Below, piece by piece: positions 37,201-44,802 of a stretch of 64,000 bases of DNA (the first letter of the stretch is position 1; every line of letters starts with the position of its first letter). The translations under genes were made by a program, and so were the position numbers. Source of the stretch: Vicugna vicugna. Its lineage: Eukaryota. The notes under the pieces are model-generated. The model did not search any database, was not told the origin of the DNA, and worked only from the letters and a program-made list of their open reading frames with translations. The stretch is from contig MU057584.1 in NCBI GenBank assembly GCA_013265495.1, forward strand, positions 536,608 to 600,607, written 5' to 3'.

Positions 37201-40200
37201 TCCTGGCTCTGTTCATGTGTGTTGGCTGTCCCATGTCGCTCTGTAGTGGGTCTCGTTAGCTGGTGAACAGGCTCGAGGAGCCTGGCAGTTAAGTCCCCTG
37301 CTCCCTGCTCTGTAGGTCGCCTTCGGAATCCAGCTCCGAATCCCGCTCCCGCTCCCGCTCCCCAACCCCGGGCCGAGAGGAGAAGATCACATTCATCACC
37401 AGTTTTGGGGGCAGTGATGAGGAGGCAGCTGCGGCTGCAGCTGCAGCAGCTGCATCAGGGGCCGCCACAGGGAAGCCCCCCGCGCCCCCCCAGCCCGGCG
37501 GCCCCGCACCGGGACGTAATGCCAGCGCCCGGTCGGTAACGCTCACGCTGCCTGCCCTACACCCCAGCCACCGTTGGGGGGGACGCGGGGCAGTGGGGGG
37601 CCTGGCCCAGGCTGGTGCTGACTGGCTCTCCGTGCCCCACCTGCAGCCGCCGCTCCTCCACCTCCTCCTCCTCCTCTTCCGCCTCGAGGACCTCCAGCTC
37701 CCGCTCCCGCTCCAGCTCCAGCTCCCGGTCCCGCCGCGGCGGGGGCTACTACCGCTCTGGCCGCCACGCACGCTCCCGCTCCCGGTCCTGGTCCCGCTCC
37801 CGGTCCCGCTCCCGGCGCTATTCGAGGTCCCGCAGCCGTGGCCGGCGGCATTCAGGTGGGGGCTCCCGAGACGGACACCGCTACTCCCGCTCGCCTGCCC
37901 GGCGTGGCGGTTACGGGCCCCGGCGCAGAAGCAGGTGCGTGGGGCTGGGTGTACTTGGGGCGCAGGGCCTGAGAGTGGGTGTGGGCCCCATCTCAGGGAG
38001 ACCAGTGTCTGAGGGGTGGCCCTGGATTGCAGGGGGACATGTTTCCACTCAGGGAGTTCCAAGTGTGGTACCAGGGCCAGAGCACAGCTGCCGTTCTCAG
38101 GGACAGTAGGGCAGGAGTCCTCTCAGAGGGAGTTCCTATGTGTTTGCAGTGGGTGACCCTTAGGACTGGGGCCGCTGTGTGGGAGGGGCAGAAAGTCAAG
38201 GCAGCCCTTTGAGGAGGAGACAAGGTGTAAGGCGAGTGCTGCAGACAAGGTAGGATGTAAAGTCCTCTAGAGATGGGAGCATCCTTCTGGTCCCGTTCCG
38301 CAGGGGAGGGGGTCAGGGTGCCCTGGAAAGGCAGCATGGCTGGGTGTAGATTCTGGCCTTGCTAGTGAATTCTCGGGGCCTGTTACTTCATCTGGGAAAG
38401 AGATGATAGTATCCCCTCCGCTGAGTTGTGAAGTTCTAACAAGTAACTTCCACATAAGGGCCCAGTACAAGGCCTAGCATTCAACGAGTACTTTTATTCC
38501 CGTCAGTGTCATTACCTATGTTACTGTTGTGTGGGTCTTGCTGCCAGCTACCTGTGGGGTCTGAAATAGAGGGGCCAGGTGGGCCTTGCTGAACTGAGGG
38601 CACACGTCCTGTCCTTCGGGGTCATTGGCCACTCAGTGATAGGCCTGGTGTTGCCTAGTTTTTCAAGAAGAATTGAGTCTGAATTTTTAAAGGGTGGCTC
38701 TGGTTTCTTCAATATTAGCAACAAATTTGAATTTTACTGAAACCCAGAACAGTCCCACTGGAATTAATGTGTGACATAGGTGTGGCTTCCAGGTCGTTCC
38801 TGAAGCCTGACCTGGAAGCAGGAGAAAGGCTGAGGGAGGGACGGGGGCCCTGGTCACATCTCTGAGGTCAAGGCTGATATGTCCCCAGACTGGGTCCTGT
38901 GGGTCTGTGCTGCAGTCTGGTCGGGGAGAGGGGGTGTGGGGGTGCTCCCCGCTGGTGGTGAGCCCCTGGAGGTGGTGAGGTTGTAGGTGAGGTTATGGCT
39001 CCTGTGTGCCCTGGCTGGGTGCAACGTATAAAGTGGGCGGAGCCCACCAGCCAGGGAAGTGGGTGAACGGGTGTCTGGTGAGTAAGTGAAGAGCTGTTTG
39101 AGGGTCAGTGTGTCTAGGGGGCAGTCTCTGTGTAGAGGCTGCAGGAGGCCAGGAAGGGTTTCTGAGGGAAAGTAGCAGGACAGAAGCAGAGACAGAACGA
39201 CCACAGGGCCTTTCTTGCAGAAAGACTAGATTCGGTGCCGGGGCAGGGGATTTGTAAATGGGGTCCCAGGAGCCTCATGGCCCCCCTGCTGCCCTGCTGC
39301 CCTCCCAGGAGCCGCTCCCGCTCAGGGGATCGGTACAGGCGGGGTGGCCGGGGCCCCCGGCACCACAGCAGTAGCCGCAGCCGCAGCAGCTGGTCCCTCA
39401 GCCCGTCCCGAAGTCGCAGCCTGACCCGGAGCCGCAGCCTCAGCCCGAGCCGCAGCCGGAGCCCCAGCCGCAGCCGGAGCCGCAGCCACAGCCAGAGTCA
39501 CTCGCCGTCGCCCCCGAGGGAGAAGCTGACCAGGCCGGCGGCGTCTCCCGCTGTGGGAGAGAAGCTGAAAAAGTGAGCAGAGCGGGGCTGTGGGGAGGGG
39601 ACTGTCAGCCTCAGGTGGGGAGGGTGAATCCCACTGTTCCCTCTCTGAAGGGAACTTGGCCTGCCCTGGGAGGTCTGAGAGCGACACAGCTCTGCCTTGG
39701 GGAGGGGGGCGGTCTGAGGAGTCACAGCTTTGCCTTGGGTACGGGGTCAGAGGGGGACGTGGTCCTGTCCTGAAGGATCCCAGAGGGACGGGGTTTCTCC
39801 CTGAGGGTGTCTGAGGCCCATGGCCTCTGCTCCCTGGTCTAAGGGCAGGGCTTGGGCTGCATGGGGTCAAAGGTAGCAGCTGCCCTTTCTTCCTTCCAGG
39901 ACTGAACCGGCTGCTGGTAAAGAGACAGGAGCTGCCAAAGTCAGTAAGAATTTGGAACTCGCCCGTCTAATTCCCGCCAGCAGCAGTGCCCGAGAGCTGG
40001 GCCCGGTGGGCCTACAGGGGGGCCCGGGTGGGCCAGGAGATCCAGCCCCAGGGATTGAGATCTGTGTCCCCGAGCCCTCCTCAGCTGTCCACTGGGGCTC
40101 CCAGAATCCCGTGGCCGGTCTCCACAGCCTGCCCGTCCTTGGCACATGCCCCCGCCAGTCCCAGGCTCTTGGATGAGGTGGGTTGTGGGAACTCCGGGAC

Positions 40201-43091
40201 ACCCACCCCCTCTCCTGCCTCTTCTCCCCCTTCCCCAGCCCAAGCTGACGCCGCAGGAGAAGCTGAAGCTGAGGATGCAGAAGGCGCTGAACAGGCAGTG
40301 TACGTCCCACCACCTGGCCCTCCAGGGCTGCCCAGCTCCTCTTCCTTCCAGCCTGGCCTTGGGCAGGCTCTGCCCTCTCTGGACAGGAGGCATTGTGGGG
40401 AGGGTGTGGGTGTGCATGCCGCCTGCTATGTTAGGACCTCTCCGAGCTCGGCTTCCACCTTTGGGATCGGGGTGGGGGGGGACTTGGCTGGGCACCCCTC
40501 AGCCACTGTATCCCTGCCTTTCCACAGTCAAGGCGGATAAGAAGGCGGCTCAGGAGAAGATGATCCAGCAGGAGCACGAGCGCCAGGTAAGGGCAGGAGT
40601 GAGGGGATGGGGCTCCCATGGGGGTGGCCCAGCCCTGCCCTCACTGCCCTCTCTCCCACAGGAGCGGGAAGACGAGCTTCGAGCCATGGCCCGCAAGATC
40701 CGAATGAAGTAAGACTATCCCCCACTCCCTGCATCAGAGCCAACCCCCTGCCTCCTGGTTGCCCTGCATTCGCCACCACCTGCTTCGAGCCAGAGCCCTG
40801 CCCAAGCCCTCTGGGAAGATGAAAATCAAAGCCCTTACCTGGCCCTCAGGGCCAGCCCAGGCCATGTCCTGGGCTCCTCCTCGTCCCCAGCTTACTTCAG
40901 CCACCATGACCTGCCAGCTCTGCCAGCCTCCAGCTTGTCGCCTTACCTGCTATTCTTCAGCTACCCACCTGCTTCTCTCCCTTGCTACACTCAGGGGCCC
41001 TCCCTGACCATCCTGTGTGGAGTAACACCCCACAGCACTCTGTCCTGCAGCCCTGCTCTGTTTTCTTCATAGCACTGGTCTCGCCCCGGCTTCCTGGCCT
41101 GCACTGTGTCCTTAACTCATTCTTGTCAGCCTCCGCACTAACGAGCCAAGCCTGGCTGCTGGGCCCCTGCTGTGTGCTCAGCCGCTGATCGTAGCCAGCC
41201 CCGTGGGGCCTCTCTCCCCTCCTGCTCTGCTTCTCTTCTCCCCTGACTCTTTCCTTGGAAGAGTTGAGTGGCTCATAGCCTGGGTCAGACAGACTTCAGG
41301 TCCCGTCCCAGCTCTGCCACTGTCTGAGTGTGTGGTGCTGGGGCAGGCACTGGTCCAGACTCTGGAGTGAGGACGGTCCTTGGGGCTGACTTCTCAGGGT
41401 AGCTCAGGGATCAGTGCTGTGAGGCCTTGCCCCATCCAGGCCGTAGGCAGAACTGCAGGCCGCAGTGCTTGGTGTTGGCGAAAAGGGGAGTCAGTCACAG
41501 TCGTGTCGCCTGTTGCTTGTTTCTGGTTCCACCCTGTACTTGCCGTGGGTCCTTGGACAAGCAGCATAACCTCTCTGAGCTTTTCCTCTTTGTGAGACAG
41601 ACATGACCACACATGCATCTCTGCGGGATGCTGCCATCAGGCTCGTGGTGTGTGGTGCCAGCCACGTGGGGGAGGCTTGATGCCCATCACATGCCTGTCT
41701 TTGCTGGGCCTCCAGGGATGCCATGCGCTCCCATCAGGAGGTGGAGGAGCAGAGCTCGCAGACTCAGCATCGTGGTCAGGCAGACCTGCTTCTGCTCCCC
41801 ACCAGCTATGGGCCTTCTTCCTATCTGAGCCTCAGTTTGTTCATCTACTGAATGGGGATGGAAGAGTTGTCCCTCATAGGCATGTTGGAAGGATTCAGTG
41901 AGATCAGGGCCAGGCATGGAGAAGGTGCCCAATAATTGTAGCCCTTGGGGTTTCAAATCCTGGTCATCTGACAAAGGCCAATTAGCGTGTAAGTCCCTGT
42001 GTTCTGAGACTGCACCCTGAGTATGACAGGAAATGGTCCAGCTCTCCAGCCCCCCTGGCTGTTTGTTCAGCAAGCCTTTCATGGTGAAGTAGACTGGGGT
42101 TCAGATGCTGGCTCTGCCGGCCAGTATCCCGAGCTCAGTGTCCTCATTTCCAAGTGAGGAGAGTTGTGCCCCCTTGGTTAATTTTTCCACTTGGACTAGG
42201 ACGTTGGCAGCACCTGCCCTGGTGGGCAACCCAGCCAGCCCTCGAGTTCAGTGCTGTCAGCCGGCCACATACTCACCCCTTTCCCCTGGTTTGTGTCCCC
42301 TTCCCCCCACAGGGAGCGGGAACGCCGAGAGAAGGAGAGAGAAGAATGGGAACGCCAGTACAGCCGGCAGAGCCGCTCGCCCTCCCCCCGTTACAGTGAG
42401 TGCCCCGTGGTCGCTTGGTCGAGAGAGACAGGCTGGAGGCTTTGGGGCATTAAAAAAAGAGATGTCAAAACTGGGTTACAAAAAACCATGGTACATTTCA
42501 TACATGAGCTTTCCTTAAATTAAAACTTCCGAGATGCACACACAACACAGTATGGTTGCTTCAGTCACGAGGGAGCTGCAGGGATTGGAAGAAAAGCTCA
42601 TTTCCAGCACGTGGGTTTGGGCTGAGGGGCACCCAGTGGACAGGCCAGAAGTGCCAATGCTGCCTTAGCTGGAGACGACACTGGGAACCTAGCCCATGGC
42701 CCCTCCTGGTCCCAGGCACTTGCCTGGTTTTCACCTGTCTTCCTCTGTCCTCTTTTCAGGTCGAGAATACAGCTCTTCCCGAAGGTAAGCAAGCCCGCCT
42801 GACTCCCTGGGAAATCAGTTACCCTTTGGCAGGAGGCCTCAGCCCTAATTGCTCCATCCCCACCCGGTCCCCTCCACCTGCAGGGCTGGCCTCATCCCTG
42901 GGGAACATCCCTCTGCAGCTGACTCCCCCATCACTGAAGCCTTAGCCGCCTCCAGGCGTGTTGCTGTGTATGTGCACACATGTGCAGTGGGGCTCCCTGC
43001 TTCCTCCCCAGCCCTCACGGGGCCTCTCTCTCCCCTTTCTCTCTCCAGGCGCTCAAGGTCCAGATCCCGAAGCCCCCATTACCGTCATTAG
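22166..43091 (+). CDS. CLASRP: CLK4-associating serine/arginine-rich protein (SFRS16), 676 aa
   Basis: Join 22166-22264, 29169-29266, 29812-29913, 30140-30219, 32367-32451, 32867-33015, 33816-33912, 34843-34921, 35006-35079, 36357-36398, 37316-37531, 37647-37934, 39309-39572, 39900-39939, 40239-40299, 40528-40586, 40662-40708, 42313-42395, 42760-42784, 43049-43091 = 2031 nt, open frame MWHEARKHERKLRGMMVDYKKR...RSRSRSPHYRH*. Confidence 0.97.
25932..26441 (+). mobile_element. L1 3' end (L1MB-like) inserted in a MIR
   Basis: gccaagatgtggaagcaacc...gtgaaataagccagtcacagaaagac...accacaatttaaaaaa; TSD-like gattttgga on both sides. Confidence 0.8.
28120..28800 (-). mobile_element. L1 3' end fragment (L1MB-like)
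   Basis: acagctttattgaga...caaccactaatttactttctgtctctgtggat...cctaggagtggaattgctgggtcatatgg. Confidence 0.8.
29169..29266 (+). CDS. CLASRP: CLASRP exon 3
   Basis: ctgcag|AAGAAG...AACAT|gtaaga; KKDPAQFLQVHGRACKVHLDSAVALAAESPVN. Confidence 0.95.
29812..29913 (+). CDS. CLASRP: CLASRP exon 4
   Basis: cttcag|GATGCCC...ACCAT|gtaagc; MMPWQGDTNNMIDRFDVRAHLDHIPDYTPPLLTT. Confidence 0.95.
30140..30219 (+). CDS. CLASRP: CLASRP exon 5
   Basis: ccaaag|CTCCCCAG...GGCA|gtgagt; ISPEQESDERKCNYERYRGLVQNDFAG. The AAG acceptor is required to keep the frame. Confidence 0.9.
32367..32451 (+). CDS. CLASRP: CLASRP exon 6
   Basis: ccccag|TCTCAG...AAGAA|gtaagt; ISEEQCLYQIYIDELYGGLQRPSEDEKK. Confidence 0.95.
32867..33015 (+). 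CDS. CLASRP: CLASRP exon 7
   Basis: tcccag|GCTGG...ATCG|gtgggg; KLAEKKASIGYTYEDSTVAEVEK...DEDEVIPDI. Confidence 0.95.
33816..33912 (+). CDS. CLASRP: CLASRP exon 8
   Basis: gtgcag|ACGTG...GTCAG|gtgagg; DVEVDVDELNQEQVADLNKQATTYGMADGDFV. Confidence 0.95.
34120..34136 (-). promoter_or_regulatory. CTCF motif in CLASRP intron 8
   Basis: Reverse complement TCCACTAGAGGGCGCTG matches CCASYAGRKGGCRS exactly. Confidence 0.65.
34843..34921 (+). CDS. CLASRP: CLASRP exon 9
   Basis: ccacag|GATGCTC...TCG|gtgagg; RMLRKDKEEAEAIKHAKALEEEKAMYS. Confidence 0.95.
35006..35079 (+). CDS. CLASRP: CLASRP exon 10
   Basis: ttccag|GGCCGT...CCCAG|gtagag; GRRSRRQRREFREKRLRGRKISPP. Confidence 0.95.
36357..36398 (+). CDS. 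CLASRP: CLASRP exon 11
   Basis: ccatag|CTATG...AAGCG|gtgagt; SYARRDSPTYDPYK. Confidence 0.95.
37316..37531 (+). CDS. CLASRP: CLASRP exon 12 (includes Ala10 tract at 37425-37454)
   Basis: ctgtag|GTCGCC...GCCCG|gtcggt; RSPSESSSESRSRSRSPTPGREEKITFITSFGGSDEEAAAAAAAAAASG...RNASA. Confidence 0.93.
37647..37934 (+). CDS. CLASRP: CLASRP exon 13 (RS domain)
   Basis: ctgcag|CCGCC...AGCAG|gtgcgt; RRRSSTSSSSSSASRTSSSRSRS...GYGPRRRS. Confidence 0.95.
39309..39572 (+). CDS. CLASRP: CLASRP exon 14 (RS domain)
   Basis: tcccag|GAGCC...AAAAA|gtgagc; RSRSRSGDRYRRGG...PAVGEKLK. Confidence 0.95.
39900..39939 (+). CDS. CLASRP: CLASRP exon 15
   Basis: ttccag|GACTG...GCCAAA|gtcagt; KTEPAAGKETGAAK. Confidence 0.92.
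40239..40299 (+). CDS. CLASRP: CLASRP exon 16
   Basis: ccccag|CCCAAG...CAGT|gtacgt; PKLTPQEKLKLRMQKALNRQ. Confidence 0.94.
40528..40586 (+). CDS. CLASRP: CLASRP exon 17
   Basis: ccacag|TCAAG...CAG|gtaagg; FKADKKAAQEKMIQQEHERQ. Confidence 0.95.
40662..40708 (+). CDS. CLASRP: CLASRP exon 18
   Basis: ccacag|GAGCGG...ATGAA|gtaaga; EREDELRAMARKIRM. Confidence 0.95.
42313..42395 (+). CDS. CLASRP: CLASRP exon 19
   Basis: ccacag|GGAGCGG...TACA|gtgagt; KERERREKEREEWERQYSRQSRSPSPRY. Confidence 0.95.
42760..42784 (+). CDS. CLASRP: CLASRP exon 20 (25 nt)
   Basis: tttcag|GTCGAGAATACAGCTCTTCCCGAAG|gtaagc; SREYSSSR. Confidence 0.93.
43049..43091 (+). CDS. CLASRP: CLASRP last exon, coding part
   Basis: ctccag|GCGCTCA...CATTAG; RRSRSRSRSPHYRH*. 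Confidence 0.95.
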
Positions 43092-43170
43092 GCAGAAGCG
43101 ACAGTGGCAGAGGGGTGAGGGGGTGGGGCGAGGGCTCAAGTTGTGATGCTGCTGGTTTTATCTCTGATGA

Positions 43171-43176
43171 AATAAA
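43171..43176 (+). terminator. CLASRP: CLASRP polyadenylation signal
   Basis: AATAAA 80 nt after the stop, followed by a GU/U-rich stretch (tgtgtcctctttgtgg). Confidence 0.88.
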
Positions 43177-43752
43177 ATCACACATTATTTAATTCCCTTC
43201 ACCTGGTCTCTGTGTCCTCTTTGTGGCCCTCTGTGTGCGGGGCTCCCAAACCCCGGTGCCCACCAGCCAATGAGGCTAGCTGGGCAAGGAGCTTGCTGGG
43301 TTCAGGAGACAGTCGCCAGTGTTGCCTAGGTGGGGAGTTCTGCCCACATCTGGGCATTTAAGCAGCAGCTGCTTGGCTTCCAGAACTCTCCTCTGCACTC
43401 AGTGAGGGCAGGGGTGCGACGCGGTGGGAACAGGGCTCAGCACCCAGCATGTGGAGGGAGGATGGGCCGGGACTTTGCCCAGGGGCCTCTGGTGACAGGT
43501 CCAGGCCTCTCCCCGCCCTCGCCTCGGCCCCTGCCCGGGCCTCGCCCACACCCACACCGGGAACCGGGAGCACCGCTTTCTGTGCCAGTCCTGCTGTGCC
43601 CCAGGCACTGGGGGCTGGCCTTTTTCCCTCACCCCCTCCTTCCAAACCGGTCTGTCCAGCTGTCCACCCCAAGGAGGGAAGCCTCCCACCCCACCTCAGA
43701 CACCCCAAGAAAGCCAGAGTCCAAACGGGTGTGTAACTGGGGGAAGGGAGCG

Positions 43753-43758
43753 TTTACT
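43753..43758 (-). terminator. ZNF296: Probable ZNF296 variant polyadenylation signal (AGTAAA)
   Basis: TTTACT on + reads AGTAAA on -, 70 nt after the stop; no AATAAA/ATTAAA seen in the next few hundred bases. Confidence 0.55.
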
Positions 43759-43828
43759 CGCGGGGGAAGGACAAGGAGGTCACAGAAGCAGTCAACAGCG
43801 AGGACAGCAGGGAGGGCATCCCTGCAGC

Positions 43829-44802
43829 TCAGGCCTCCCCACCCACCTCGGGGTGCTTCTGCCGCAGGTGCTTGTCCAGGGTGGCGCGCAGGCCGAAGGG
43901 CACACAGCAGTGGGGGCACTCGAAGCGGGGGCTGCCGGGCCCGAGGCCGTGCATGCGGCGGTGGCGGTTGAGCTTGCTGCTCTGGGCGCAGGCGTAGGAG
44001 CAGAGCTCGCAGACGTAGGGCCGCTCGCCCGTGTGCGAGCGCCGGTGCACCGTCAGGTTGCTGCTGTTGGTGAAGTGCTTCCCGCAGTACTCGCAGCTGC
44101 CCCCGGGCCCCAGCCCCCGGCTCTTGCCCGCCGGCTTGGACAGCTTCTTGGGTGACATCTGGCTTTTGGCGGGCTCAGTTCTCTGCTCCTTGCTGGCAGC
44201 TCCCCAGCTGTCCCCGCTGGGACCTGCCTGAGCCCCACCGCCGGGAGCCCCTGGTTCTTGGACGCCGGCCGTGGCGGCGGCTCCAGCCCCCTCTCCACCG
44301 CCGCTCCGGAGGGTGCTGGCTGGGGCTGCTGCATGGGCAGCCGGCTCTGGAGGGGCGGTGGAGGCCCGCTCCTCACTGGCGTCGGCCTCGCAGGGATTCT
44401 GAGGCTGCAGCTGCCGATGGGTCTTCTTGTGGCGGTTGAGCTTGCTGCTCTGGGCGCAGGCGTAGGGACACTGGTCACAGGCGTAGGGCCGCTCACCCGT
44501 GTGCGAGCGCATGTGCACCTTGAGGTTGCTGAAGGAGCTGAGGGTCTTCGTGCACACGGGGCAGGTGGGGCTTCGCCGGGTGAGCCCTCCTCGGGTGCCC
44601 TTGGCCTCAGCTTCCTGCCCTGCCACCGCCGACACGGCTGCGGCCACTTCGGCCAGGCCCAGCAGCGGGGCCTCTGGGGCCTCGGGTTCCGTCTGGTAGA
44701 TGGACAGTCCGTGGTCCCACTGGGCGTGGCGCAGCAGTTTCCAGGCCCCAGTGAACTGTCGGCCGCAGCGGAGGCAACTCAAGGCCTTCAGGGCCTCGTG
44801 TT
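43829..44802 (-). CDS. ZNF296: ZNF296 exon 3 (C2H2 fingers)
   Basis: ttctgcag|AACACGAG...; [17 protein letters not shown]...[11 protein letters not shown] at 43831-43829. Confidence 0.96.

Noticed and set aside
37289..38062. 257-aa minus-strand ORF
   Set aside because: Antisense shadow of the GC-rich, low-complexity CLASRP exons 12-13; no independent gene signals.
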